Below, in pieces: positions 8,400-17,955 of a DNA stretch of 53,107 bases. Both the position numbers and the translations under genes were made by a program. Positions within the stretch are counted from its first letter, which is position 1, and the number at the start of each line of letters is the position of its first letter. This DNA comes from Collinsella sp. (GTDB lineage Bacteria > Actinomycetota > Coriobacteriia > Coriobacteriales > Coriobacteriaceae), in contig DXLY01000003.1 of assembly GCA_019414465.1 (NCBI GenBank), positions 3,137 to 56,243 on the forward strand. Direction: 5' to 3'. The notes below the pieces were generated by a model that was not told where the DNA came from, ran no database searches, and saw only the letters and a program-made list of their open reading frames with translations.

Positions 8400-9560
8400 C
8401 TACTCGTGGGTATGGCCTACGTAGTCTTCGTCGATCGTAATCTTGGCAATCGACTTGGGATATTCCGATTCGACCCGTTGTGCCAGCGCGTGCTTTAAGT
8501 CTTCGGCACTCATCTGCAGATCCGAGGGACGCACGCAGTCAAAGATCACGTTGGTGTGCGTGGGGCCCGGAACACAGCGTAGGTCGTGGATCGAGAGGCA
8601 GCTATCAATCTCTTGAGCCATAGCGTTGATGCGCAGACGCATGCTCGCCACCTTTGGATCGTCGGTCACGATGGGGTCGTAATGGAGCGTGACAATCATG
8701 CCGTCTTCGTTCCTAAATGCCTGTTCAATGTTGTCGAGCGTGTCGTGACTTTCCAGCGGGCTGGCCTCGGCTGCCATCTCGGCGTGAGCGCTTGCGAACT
8801 TCCTGCCCGGGCCGTAGTCGTGAACCATCAAATCGTGAACGCCCAAAACGCCGGGGTAGCTCATGATCTTGTCTCGAATGTGCTTGACCAGCTTTGGATC
8901 GGGTGCCTGGCCCAAAAGCGGGCTCACCGTATCCTGGATGAGCTCAAAGCCGCTCCAGCCAATATAGGCGCCAACGGCAAGGCCGACCCATGCGTCAAGA
9001 TTGATGTGCGTCACCTGCGAAACAATTGCGCACGCCAGCACAGCACCCGTAGCTAGGACATCGTTCTTTGAGTCCTGAGCGGTCGCATGCAGCGTCTCGG
9101 ACTCAATGCGATCGCCGAGCTTTTGGTTGAGGGCCGCCATCCAGAGCTTAACAATCATCGAAAGCACCAAGACTGCCACCAGGGCAAGCGAGAACTCGAC
9201 AGGTTCGGGGTGGATGATGCGCTCAACCGAGGACTTCACCAGCTCAACGCCAATCAGCAGCACGAGCGCCGCCACGACCAGACCCGAGAGATACTCGTAG
9301 CGGCCATGTCCGTAAGGATGCTCGGGGTCGGCCGGCTTGCCCGCCAGCTTAAAGCCAAGCACGCTCACGATGTTCGAGCTGGCATCGGACAGGTTGTTCA
9401 TGGCGTCCGCCACAATCGAAACCGATCCCGACAGCACGCCAATTGCACCCTTCGCAGCGCAAAGCGCAACATTGGCGAGAATACACACTATGCCCGTCAA
9501 CGTTCCCACGCGCGCACGGTCGCCCTGCGCACGACGAACAATCCACTCGACCATCCTCAT
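8400..9560 (-). CDS. Cation diffusion facilitator (FieF-like) transporter with extended C-terminal domain
   Basis: SIVADAMNNLSD, KPADPEHPYGHGRYE, DSKND and HDLMVHDYG motifs. Confidence 0.9.
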   Translation of the reverse strand: MRMVEWIVRRAQGDRARVGTLTGIVCILANVALCAAKGAIGVLSGSVSIVADAMNNLSDASSNIVSVLGFKLAGKPADPEHPYGHGRYEYLSGLVVAALVLLIGVELVKSSVERIIHPEPVEFSLALVAVLVLSMIVKLWMAALNQKLGDRIESETLHATAQDSKNDVLATGAVLACAIVSQVTHINLDAWVGLAVGAYIGWSGFELIQDTVSPLLGQAPDPKLVKHIRDKIMSYPGVLGVHDLMVHDYGPGRKFASAHAEMAAEASPLESHDTLDNIEQAFRNEDGMIVTLHYDPIVTDDPKVASMRLRINAMAQEIDSCLSIHDLRCVPGPTHTNVIFDCVRPSDLQMSAEDLKHALAQRVESEYPKSIAKITIDEDYVGHTHE

Positions 9561-9633
9561 CAGTCCCCACGGTACTACCTATATATCTATTGCTCAAACG
9601 GATTGTAGTGTAGCCACTTTGTCCTCCAGATAC

Positions 9634-9667
9634 AAAAAGGCCGCAGCCCACACGGGCCGCAGCCTTG
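9634..9667 (-). terminator. Rho-independent terminator after orphan EIIC
   Basis: Minus strand GGCTGCGGCCC-GTGT-GGGCTGCGGCC (G-U pairs) followed by TTTTT. Confidence 0.6.
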
Positions 9668-9705
9668 GAATGCGACATGCGGGACCGTCCCTTTGTCGCA
9701 CAGAT

Positions 9706-10920
9706 TTATGCGCTTGCTTCAGCAGCGCTCGCCACTGTTTCGGGCGAATCAGCTTCGTCTTCTGCCGCCTGCACCTTTGTCGGCACCACGCCAAAACAGC
9801 AGCTCAGCGCCGCAGACACCGCAAATGCTGCGCCGCCGGCAGCGCAGCACCACAGCAGATTCGAGATGCCGCCCGTGGCAAAGCCAATGACCATAAGAAC
9901 ATTCGTCATACCGATGGTATAAGCCGTAACGTGGCCTACGGCCGCAACAAGTCCTCCGACGGCGCCGCCAACGGCCATGCACGTCAGGCACCTGCCATAT
10001 TTAAAGCCGCAACCGTACAGCGCCGGCTCGCTTACGCCGCCAAGAACACCCGAGATTGAATAGCCCAGCATGAGCGCCTTCTCGTCCTTATCCGCAACGC
10101 GAAGCGACGCGCCAAAAGGCATGCCCCAAACGGCGAACGTCGCCATCGTCGCGGCAATCAGGATGCACGAATCCGTTCCCACACTCATAAACTGCGCGTA
10201 CGCAAGCGATAGGACAACGTTGCTGATACCCGCGATCTTAAGAAACTCCCAACCCGCGGCAAGCCCCATGAGCGTGAGCAGCGACACGATGCCACCGGAA
10301 TTGCCAAGCATAAACATAAGCTGGCCCAACAGCATGCCCAGATAGCTGCCCGCCGGCGCCGTAATGCACAGCGAAACTGGAACCATGACGAGCATGGTTG
10401 CAAACGGAACGAACGAAAATGCCACGGCCTTAGGGATAACGCGCTGGAAGAAACACTCCACTCGCCATAGCACGGGTACCGAGATGAGAACCGGAATAAC
10501 AGTCGTTGTGTAATCGTTGACCGGCGCGGGAAGCAGACCATACACGAAAGTCATCGCTGCCCCCGTCGTCGATGCGGCATCGACGAGCTTAAGCAGATCG
10601 GGCGCAATCAATACGCCGCCCAGCATCATGCCCAGCTGCTCCGAGCAACCGAGCTGGCGGGCGGCCGCCCAACCAAGATAAATGGGCAAAAAGTAGTAGC
10701 CGGCGTTATAGAGCCAACTGTAGAACAGGCGATAGATTTCGGAATCGGCAGACCACAGGCCCAGCATGCCTTCGCCCATAACGACGGCGGCGGTGCGGAA
10801 CAACGCCGCGCAAACAATAAACGGCAGCGCCGACATCATGCTTTTGGACAGATAGTCCACCACGGCCATGGCGTTTGATGAAACCGTCGTTGTAAACGAG
10901 GTGTTAGAAACTTGTGACAT
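9706..10920 (-). CDS. Stand-alone PTS EIIC (glucose-superfamily, beta-glucoside/sucrose-like), no IIB or IIA domain
   Basis: YYFLPIYLGWAAA, YTTTVIPVL and GVSEPALYG motifs. RBS GGAAAGG before ATG 10920. Confidence 0.8.
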   Translation of the reverse strand: MSQVSNTSFTTTVSSNAMAVVDYLSKSMMSALPFIVCAALFRTAAVVMGEGMLGLWSADSEIYRLFYSWLYNAGYYFLPIYLGWAAARQLGCSEQLGMMLGGVLIAPDLLKLVDAASTTGAAMTFVYGLLPAPVNDYTTTVIPVLISVPVLWRVECFFQRVIPKAVAFSFVPFATMLVMVPVSLCITAPAGSYLGMLLGQLMFMLGNSGGIVSLLTLMGLAAGWEFLKIAGISNVVLSLAYAQFMSVGTDSCILIAATMATFAVWGMPFGASLRVADKDEKALMLGYSISGVLGGVSEPALYGCGFKYGRCLTCMAVGGAVGGLVAAVGHVTAYTIGMTNVLMVIGFATGGISNLLWCCAAGGAAFAVSAALSCCFGVVPTKVQAAEDEADSPETVASAAEASA

Positions 10921-10960
10921 GGAACGCCTTTCCCAATGTGACATGCGGGCTGTCCCTTTG

Positions 10961-12685
10961 TCACATCGTGCGGTACTGACCGATTGCGCGGTACTTTTCG
11001 TAGCGGAGGTTTGTGAGGGTCGCGTCGTCGAGCTGCTCAAGCGTATCGAAGGCATCAAATGCCGAGGACATGACGGCACCGGCGATCTCCTCATGCGACA
11101 GGCCCCTATCGTCGACAATGCCGTCGATGATGCCGAGCGCCAACAGATCGGGGGCCGTGAGCTTAAGCGCCTCAGCGGCCTCATTCGCGCGCTCGGTATC
11201 CTTCCACAGGATCGACGCACAGGCCTCGGGGCTCACGACCGAATAGGCCGAGCTTGAGAGCATCAGGATGCGGTCGGCCACGGACAGCGCCAGCGCGCCA
11301 CCAGAGCCGCCCTCGCCTGTCACCACCGAGACAATCGGCGTCTTAAGGCCGCTCATCTCCATGAGATTCTGGGCAATCGCCTCGCCCTGGCCGCGCTCCT
11401 CGGCACCGATGCCGCAAAACGCGCCCGAAGTATCAACCAGGCACAGAACCGGCCGACCAAACTTTTCGGCCTGGCGCATCAGACGACGCGCTTTGCGGTA
11501 ACCCTCGGGATGCGCCATGCCAAAGTTGCGGCGCATACGCTCTTTGGTCGTGGTGCCGCGCTCGATGGCGATGACCGTTACGGGGCGTCCGTCTTTCCAG
11601 CCAATGCCAGCCACCGCAGCGGCGTCGTCGCCAAAGTAACGGTCGCCGTGCAGCTCCACAAATCCATCCAGGCCCAACGAGATCATCTCGCCTGCCGTGG
11701 CGCGGTTCGCCGAGCGAGTCTGTTTGACGATTTCGAGCGCGCTTTTTGGTGCGGCCGAGCGCTTAAACAATTGTCCCAGCCTTTTGCCGCGACGACCCGT
11801 ATGCACGATCTCATGCGGTGCCCCCAGGCCGGGCGCGCGCCCTTCGTGCAACGCCAGCAGCTCGCCTACCGTGAGCGCAATCTCGCCACGCGGAACGACG
11901 GCATCGCAAAAGCCGTGCTCCAGCAAAAACTCGGAGCGCTGGAATCCCTTGGGCAGGCGCTTGTGCATGTTCTGCTCGATCACGCGCGGGCCGGCAAATG
12001 CCGTCAGGGCATCGGGCTCGGCCAGGATAATGTCGCCCTCCATGGCAAAGCTCGCGGTTACGCCTCCGGTCGTGGGGTCGGTGAGCACCGTGATATACAG
12101 ACCGCCCGCCTCGCTGTGGCGCCTAACCGCCGCAGAAATCTTGGCCATCTGCATAAGCGATGTCACGCCCTCTTGCATGCGCGCGCCGCCCGAAACGGTA
12201 AAGCCGACAACCGGCAATCCCAGCTCGGTCGCACGCTCAAATGTGCGACAGATCTTTTCGCCCACCACGGAGCCCATCGAGCCCATCATAAAGTTGGCGT
12301 CCATAAAGAAGAGCGCGGTATCGCAGCCGCAGATTTTGCCCCTGCCGCACACAACGGCATCGCGCTCGCCCGAACGCTCGCTCACGCTCTTAAGTTTGTC
12401 GGCATAACCGGGAAACGAGAGGAAGTCCTTCGACGCCAGATTGGCATCCCATTCCTCAAAGGTACCCGCGTCGACCGTCATGCGCATGCGCGCGGGACCG
12501 CTCACGCGAAAGTGTTTGCCGCAACGAGGGCAGACCTCGAGGTTGTCGTGCAGGCGCGCCTCATCGATCACACGGCGGCACTCCGGGCATTTGACAAACA
12601 CGTGGCGCGCGGGGAACTCGGCGCACGACTCGGTTATCGGCCCCTCAAGGACATTGACCGTCTTCGCTTTTCTATTCATCAGCAT
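10961..12685 (-). CDS. accD: Acetyl-CoA carboxylase carboxyltransferase, beta (AccD) and alpha (AccA) fused
   Basis: N-half: CPEC..CPRC zinc finger, FMMGSMG, SGGARMQEG, PTTGGVTASF. C-half: ELHGDR, NFGMAHPEGYRKA, GEGGSGGAL. One uninterrupted ORF. Confidence 0.92.
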   Translation of the reverse strand: MLMNRKAKTVNVLEGPITESCAEFPARHVFVKCPECRRVIDEARLHDNLEVCPRCGKHFRVSGPARMRMTVDAGTFEEWDANLASKDFLSFPGYADKLKSVSERSGERDAVVCGRGKICGCDTALFFMDANFMMGSMGSVVGEKICRTFERATELGLPVVGFTVSGGARMQEGVTSLMQMAKISAAVRRHSEAGGLYITVLTDPTTGGVTASFAMEGDIILAEPDALTAFAGPRVIEQNMHKRLPKGFQRSEFLLEHGFCDAVVPRGEIALTVGELLALHEGRAPGLGAPHEIVHTGRRGKRLGQLFKRSAAPKSALEIVKQTRSANRATAGEMISLGLDGFVELHGDRYFGDDAAAVAGIGWKDGRPVTVIAIERGTTTKERMRRNFGMAHPEGYRKARRLMRQAEKFGRPVLCLVDTSGAFCGIGAEERGQGEAIAQNLMEMSGLKTPIVSVVTGEGGSGGALALSVADRILMLSSSAYSVVSPEACASILWKDTERANEAAEALKLTAPDLLALGIIDGIVDDRGLSHEEIAGAVMSSAFDAFDTLEQLDDATLTNLRYEKYRAIGQYRTM

Positions 12686-14015
12686 AGAGATGCCCCATCA
12701 GATCGGTGTGATACATGCCCGACAAAAACTCGTCGTTTGCCAGCACGTCGAGCTGAAGCTCGCTATTTTCGCTCACGCCCTCAATCACGAGCTCGCCCAG
12801 GGCCGAGCGCATCTTGCGAATGGCACCGTCACGCGTGGGCGCGCACACGATGAGCTTGCCGAGCATGGAGTCGTAGTACGGCGGAACTTTCGCTCCGGTA
12901 AACATGGCGGAATCCCAGCGCACGCGCGGACCACCCGGCACACGCAACGCGGTGACCGTTCCACATGACGGTAGAAAGTCCGGCGTTTCGGCATTGATGC
13001 GGCACTCCATGGCGTGGTTGCGGACCGGTACGTCCTCCTGCTCAAAGGGCAGAGGCTGGCCGGCAGCCACGCGCAGCTGCCACTTAACCAGGTCGGTATC
13101 GGTCACAAACTCCGTAACCGGATGCTCCACCTGCAAGCGCGTGTTCATTTCCATAAAGTAGAAATTGCCGTCATCTGAGTACAAAAACTCGATGGTGCCA
13201 GCGCCCTCATAGCCAACGGCACGAGCCAGGTCGCGCGCGGCCTTGTGCATGCGCGCGCGAATATCATCGCGTCCGTCGAGGCACGACGCGGGGCTCTCCT
13301 CGATCAGCTTTTGGTTGCGGCGCTGCACCGAGCACTCGCGCTCGCCGAGCGAAAACACATGGCCCTGCTTATCGGCCATAATCTGTACCTCAACGTGATG
13401 CGCCGGCGCAACGAACTTCTCCATGTAGCACTCGCCGTCGCCAAAAACGGCCTCACCCTCGGCACGCGCCTCGATGAACGCCTTTGCCGCATCTTCCACG
13501 CGCTCGACCTTGCGAATACCGCGACCGCCGCCGCCCGCGCGCGCCTTAATAAGCACGGGGCAGCCGATGCGCTCGGCCTCGGCCGTCGCCTCCTCGGGGC
13601 TTTTGAGCAAATCGCAGCCCGGCACGATGGGCACGCCCGCGGCAGCAGCCGTTCGGCGTGCGGCGTCCTTGTCGCCCATGCTGTCGATCACCTCGGCCGA
13701 AGGACCGACAAACGCCAGACCGTACTTGTCGCAGTCGCGCACGAAGCTCGCCTTCTCGGAGAAAAAGCCATAGCCGGGATGGATCGCCTTTGCCCCCGAC
13801 TTTACGGCACAGGTGAGCACGGCATCGTCGTTGAGGTAGCTCTCGGCAAGACGCGGGCCGCCGATGCAATACGCCTCGTCGGCAAGCTGCACGTGCAGCG
13901 CGTCCGCATCGGCCGTGGAATAAACGGCGACGGTCTTGATGCCCATATCGCGGCACGCGCGGATAACACGAACCGCGACTTCGCCGCGGTTGGCGATGAG
14001 CACTTTGTCGAACAT
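12672..14015 (-). CDS. accC: Biotin carboxylase
   Basis: MFDKVLIANRGEVA, HPGYGF, GGGGRG, ECSVQRR and EMNTRLQVEH motifs. Confidence 0.95.
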   Translation of the reverse strand: MFDKVLIANRGEVAVRVIRACRDMGIKTVAVYSTADADALHVQLADEAYCIGGPRLAESYLNDDAVLTCAVKSGAKAIHPGYGFFSEKASFVRDCDKYGLAFVGPSAEVIDSMGDKDAARRTAAAAGVPIVPGCDLLKSPEEATAEAERIGCPVLIKARAGGGGRGIRKVERVEDAAKAFIEARAEGEAVFGDGECYMEKFVAPAHHVEVQIMADKQGHVFSLGERECSVQRRNQKLIEESPASCLDGRDDIRARMHKAARDLARAVGYEGAGTIEFLYSDDGNFYFMEMNTRLQVEHPVTEFVTDTDLVKWQLRVAAGQPLPFEQEDVPVRNHAMECRINAETPDFLPSCGTVTALRVPGGPRVRWDSAMFTGAKVPPYYDSMLGKLIVCAPTRDGAIRKMRSALGELVIEGVSENSELQLDVLANDEFLSGMYHTDLMGHLYADE

Positions 14016-14025
14016 GAAGCCTTCC

Positions 14026-14448
14026 TTAACTTTCGTGCATGAGTGCAAAAGACATATCGGCGCGGCAGCAAACCTCACCGTTGACGCTCGCGGTACCCGT
14101 CGCAAAGCGGAACGGCCCGTGCGCACGCGTGATGGAGCACACCAGATCCACCGTGTCGCCCGGGCGCACCGGACGCTTAAAGCGCACCTTGTCCAGACTC
14201 GTGTAGAACGGCGTCGCGCCGCGCGCCTCCTCATCGCCCATCAGCAGCACGCAGCAGTTCTGGGCGAGCATCTCGCACTGAATCACGCCGGGGACGACCG
14301 GGTTTCCCGGAAAATGCCCCTGCAAAAAGTACTCGTCGCCCGTAATCGTGATCTTGCCGTGGGCCTCGTTGCCCACCAGCTCGGCTTCGTCGAGCAAAAG
14401 CATCGGATCGCGATGCGGCAACAGCTTCTTGAGCTCTTCTTTGTTCAT
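14026..14448 (-). CDS. fabZ: 3-hydroxyacyl-ACP dehydratase
   Basis: LPHRDPMLLLD and FLQGHFPGNPVVPGV motifs. Confidence 0.92.
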   Translation of the reverse strand: MNKEELKKLLPHRDPMLLLDEAELVGNEAHGKITITGDEYFLQGHFPGNPVVPGVIQCEMLAQNCCVLLMGDEEARGATPFYTSLDKVRFKRPVRPGDTVDLVCSITRAHGPFRFATGTASVNGEVCCRADMSFALMHES

Positions 14449-14457
14449 GGATATCAC

Positions 14458-14934
14458 CTATCCGATCCTCATGAGGCAGCTGCCAAACTCCACGAGGTCG
14501 CCGTCGGCCACGCAGATCTCGAGCACCTCGCCGTCTGCCTCGGCCGTCACCTCGTTGAGAACCTTCATGGCCTCGATGATGCAGAGGGTCTCGCCGGCCT
14601 TGACCTTGGAGCCCACGCGCACAAACGGCTCGTCGCCCGGCGCCGGGGCAGCATAGAAAACGCCGACCATGGGAGCGGTTACCTCGGTGCCCTTGATCTC
14701 CGATGCGGCGGCGGGCCCCTGCGCGGCGGGCTCCGGCGCGGCGGCAGGCATGGCGACAGGAGCCACCGCCGGAGCGGCCACGGCACCCGGCATAGGCATG
14801 GGCACGGCAACCGGCTGCGCCACACTCGCGCGCTCGAGTTCGACCGCGGTGCCATCGGGCTCCTCAACGCGTACGCGCGTGAGGCCGCGGTCCTCCATCA
14901 CATCGGCTATCTCGGCAAGTCTTTTGGAATCCAT
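14458..14934 (-). CDS. accB: Biotin carboxyl carrier protein
   Basis: Pro/Ala linker, APMVGVFY and EAMK biotinylation motif. Confidence 0.95.
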   Translation of the reverse strand: MDSKRLAEIADVMEDRGLTRVRVEEPDGTAVELERASVAQPVAVPMPMPGAVAAPAVAPVAMPAAAPEPAAQGPAAASEIKGTEVTAPMVGVFYAAPAPGDEPFVRVGSKVKAGETLCIIEAMKVLNEVTAEADGEVLEICVADGDLVEFGSCLMRIG

Positions 14935-14937
14935 GCT

Positions 14938-16185
14938 CTAGCTCCTCGTATATCTACGCAGCGCGATGGCGGCGTTGTGCCCGCCAAAGCCCAGGTTGGT
15001 CGAAAGCGCCCAGGTAAGGTCGGCGCGAACCGCGCGATTGGGCGTGTAATCAAGATCGCAGGCGGGATCAGGCGTGTGGTAGTTAATGGTCGGCGGCACC
15101 ACGCCCTGCTCGAGTGCCATGGCGCAGGCCATGACCTCGATGGCCCCCGTGGCACCGATCATGTGCCCCGTCATCGACTTGGTCGACGAGACATGTGCGG
15201 CGCGCGCCGCGTCCTCGCCGAGCGCTCGCTTAATGCCCGCCGTCTCGGACGAATCATTAAGCTTGGTCGAGGTGCCGTGGGCATTGATGTAGAGGCCCTC
15301 GGAAGGCTTGACGTCGCCCTCGGCCACCGCCAGCGATATCGCGCGGGCAATGCCGGCAGCCTCGGGATCGGGACTCGTGATGTGATAAGCATCATCGGTG
15401 TTGCCGTAGCCCACGACCTCGGCATAAATGTGCGCACCGCGCGCCTGCGCATGCTCCATGCTCTCGAGTGCCAGCACGCAGGCGCCCTCGCCCATCACAA
15501 AGCCGTCGCGGTCTGCATCAAACGGACGACAGGCCGTCGAAGGATCAGGATTAGTGGTGAGCGCACGACAGGACGTAAAGCCAGCAACGGCATCGGGAAT
15601 AATGGCCGCCTCGGCGCCGCCCGCGAGGATCGCGTCGGCATAGCCGTGCTTGATGGCACGGAACGCCTCGCCCACCGCATGGGCCGAGGTCGCGCACGCG
15701 GTCACCACGGGCAGGGTCGGGCCCTTTGCCTTGTGGCGGATTGCGATATTGCCCGAAGCCATATTGGGGATCATCATCGCAATCATGTATGGCGATGCGC
15801 GGCGGGGCCCACGATCGGCGATCGTGTGGACGTTGTCGACGAGCGTTTGCATGCCGCCCACACCTGAACCCACGTAGACGCCCAGGCGCTCGCGATCGAT
15901 GGCGCCTTCGACATCAAAGCCCGCATCGTGCATGGCCTCGTCCGACGCCGCCAGTGCAAACTGAACGCAGGGGTCCAGGTGCTTGGCATCGTGCTTGCCA
16001 AAGTAGTCGTTGCCGTCAAAGCCCTTGACCTCGGCCGCCACCTTGACGGCAAACGCATCCGTATCGAAGTGCGTGATCGGGCCGATACCGCACGTGCCGG
16101 CGCACATAGCCGCCCAAGTGGCAAGCGCCGTGTTGCCGAGCGGCGATACGGCACCGATGCCGGTGATTGCAACTCTCTGTTCCAT
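14938..16185 (-). CDS. fabF: Beta-ketoacyl-ACP synthase II
   Basis: TACAT (Cys), NAHGTST and TGH (two His), LGFGGHN. Confidence 0.94.
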   Translation of the reverse strand: MEQRVAITGIGAVSPLGNTALATWAAMCAGTCGIGPITHFDTDAFAVKVAAEVKGFDGNDYFGKHDAKHLDPCVQFALAASDEAMHDAGFDVEGAIDRERLGVYVGSGVGGMQTLVDNVHTIADRGPRRASPYMIAMMIPNMASGNIAIRHKAKGPTLPVVTACATSAHAVGEAFRAIKHGYADAILAGGAEAAIIPDAVAGFTSCRALTTNPDPSTACRPFDADRDGFVMGEGACVLALESMEHAQARGAHIYAEVVGYGNTDDAYHITSPDPEAAGIARAISLAVAEGDVKPSEGLYINAHGTSTKLNDSSETAGIKRALGEDAARAAHVSSTKSMTGHMIGATGAIEVMACAMALEQGVVPPTINYHTPDPACDLDYTPNRAVRADLTWALSTNLGFGGHNAAIALRRYTRS

Positions 16186-16224
16186 CTTGGTCTCCTCATT
16201 TAAGCCGTTGATCGGCCCTGGTTT

Positions 16225-16998
16225 CTACATCGCCATTCCGCCGTCGACGCGCACGACCTCGCCCGTAATGTAGGCCGCCGCATCGCTCGCCAGAAAGCGC
16301 ACCACGCCGGCCACTTCCTCGGGGCGCGCCATGCGCTTTAGGGGAATCTGCTCCTCGGTTGCCGTACGCACCTTCTCCGAGAGCTTTGCCGTCATATCTG
16401 TCTCGACAAACCCGGGGGCGACCGCGTTCGCTCGTACGCCACGAGGCGCAAGCTCGCGCGCCACCGCCTTGGTAAGCCCTATCACGCCCGCCTTGGAAGC
16501 AGCGTAGTTGGCTTGCCCGGCATTGCCCATCAGGCCCACGACCGAGCTCATGTTGACGACGCAACCGCCGCGCTGGCGCATAAAGGTCTTGGTGAGCGCG
16601 CGCGTCATATTGAATGTTCCCTTGAGATTGACATCGAGCACGCGATCGAATGCGTCATCGCCCATGCGCATGAGCAGGCCATCGCGGGTGATGCCGGCGT
16701 TGTTGACGAGCGCCCAAATGGAACCAAAGTCGTTGAGGACCGCTTCCACGCACGCGTTGACGGCAGCGGGATCGGCCACGTCACATTGATATGCACGCGC
16801 CGTGGCGCCAGCCGCCTCACAGGCTTCGCACGTCTCGCGTGCCGCATCGACGCTGCCGGCATAGACGACGGCGATATCGTAGCCATCCTCCGCCAGGCCC
16901 ACGGCACAAGCGCGACCGATACCGCGCGAGGCGCCCGTGACCAGTGCCACGCAACGTGAGTCGTTGCGCTCGAGCGCGCCGTTGTTCAAGTTGCCCAT
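16225..16998 (-). CDS. fabG: 3-oxoacyl-ACP reductase
   Basis: TGASRGIG, NNAGITRD and YAASK SDR motifs in fab operon context. Confidence 0.94.
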   Translation of the reverse strand: MGNLNNGALERNDSRCVALVTGASRGIGRACAVGLAEDGYDIAVVYAGSVDAARETCEACEAAGATARAYQCDVADPAAVNACVEAVLNDFGSIWALVNNAGITRDGLLMRMGDDAFDRVLDVNLKGTFNMTRALTKTFMRQRGGCVVNMSSVVGLMGNAGQANYAASKAGVIGLTKAVARELAPRGVRANAVAPGFVETDMTAKLSEKVRTATEEQIPLKRMARPEEVAGVVRFLASDAAAYITGEVVRVDGGMAM

Positions 16999-17028
16999 GT
17001 CATTCCTTTCGGGTTACAGCTCTGTGGA

Positions 17029-17955
17029 CTATGCGAGCTCGTCGGCAATAGCTGCGACCTGCTCGGCCGTTTCGCACGAATACACGCGAACGTCGCTCAG
17101 CGTACGCTTGACCAAGCCCGACAGCGTTTTGCCAGGGCCGACCTCAATAAACGTGTCGATGCCCTGATTCTGCAGAGCATGCAGCGTGTCGACCCAACGA
17201 ACGGCATGACTCACCTGATTGGCCAAGACATCCGATGCCGCTCGCGGGTCCGCCGGATAGGGCGCCGCCGTCATGTTTGCCATGACCGGAATCAGCAGCG
17301 GTGACGGCGCGTGGCCGGCTTGGATATACGTCGCCAGCCCCTCAGTCGCCTCGGCCATATAGGGGCTATGAAATGCGCCCGACACCGCGACTTTCATAGC
17401 GCGGCCGCCAGCCTCTTTTACTAGGACGTCGAGCTCCTGCAGCGCCTCGGGCGGTCCGGCAACAACCGTCTGCTGCGGACTGTTGTAGTTGACCGGCCAG
17501 CAGTCCTCGCCGGCCTGTTTTGCCAGGTTCTCGACTTGCGCCGCATCGAGTTTGATGACGGCGCGCATGCCGCCGGGGTGACGCTCGGCCGCCGTGGCCA
17601 TCAATGCCGCGCGCTCACACACGAGCTCAAAACCCGCTCGCGTATCGAATGCCCCCGCAAAGGTGAGTGCTGCGACCTCGCCCAGCGAGAATCCCGCACA
17701 GGCGGCAGGCACTACGCCGCGCTCGCGCAGGGCGGCAGCCGCTGCCAGGTCGTGAACGAACACGCACGGCTGCGTGTTCTCAGTCTGCGAGAGCTCCTCC
17801 TTGGAGGCGCTCCGGCACTGCTCGCTGGTCCCCGGGCGCACCTCGTCGGCAATGGCGAACACCTCGGCGGCCGCCGGCGATGCCTCGATCAGGTCGACGC
17901 CCATCGCGGGATGCTGGGCACCCTGACCGGCAAACAGAAACGCTACGCCACCCAT
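17029..17955 (-). CDS. fabD: Malonyl-CoA:ACP transacylase
   Basis: FLFAGQGAQ, TENTQP, GFSLGE and VSGAFHS motifs. Start overlaps the end of fabK. Confidence 0.92.
   Translation of the reverse strand: MGGVAFLFAGQGAQHPAMGVDLIEASPAAAEVFAIADEVRPGTSEQCRSASKEELSQTENTQPCVFVHDLAAAAALRERGVVPAACAGFSLGEVAALTFAGAFDTRAGFELVCERAALMATAAERHPGGMRAVIKLDAAQVENLAKQAGEDCWPVNYNSPQQTVVAGPPEALQELDVLVKEAGGRAMKVAVSGAFHSPYMAEATEGLATYIQAGHAPSPLLIPVMANMTAAPYPADPRAASDVLANQVSHAVRWVDTLHALQNQGIDTFIEVGPGKTLSGLVKRTLSDVRVYSCETAEQVAAIADELA

Noticed and set aside
10913..10966. TGTGACAT / TGTCACAT repeats around the EIIC start
   Set aside because: Short, and two copies overlap start or stop codons; cannot be separated from chance.
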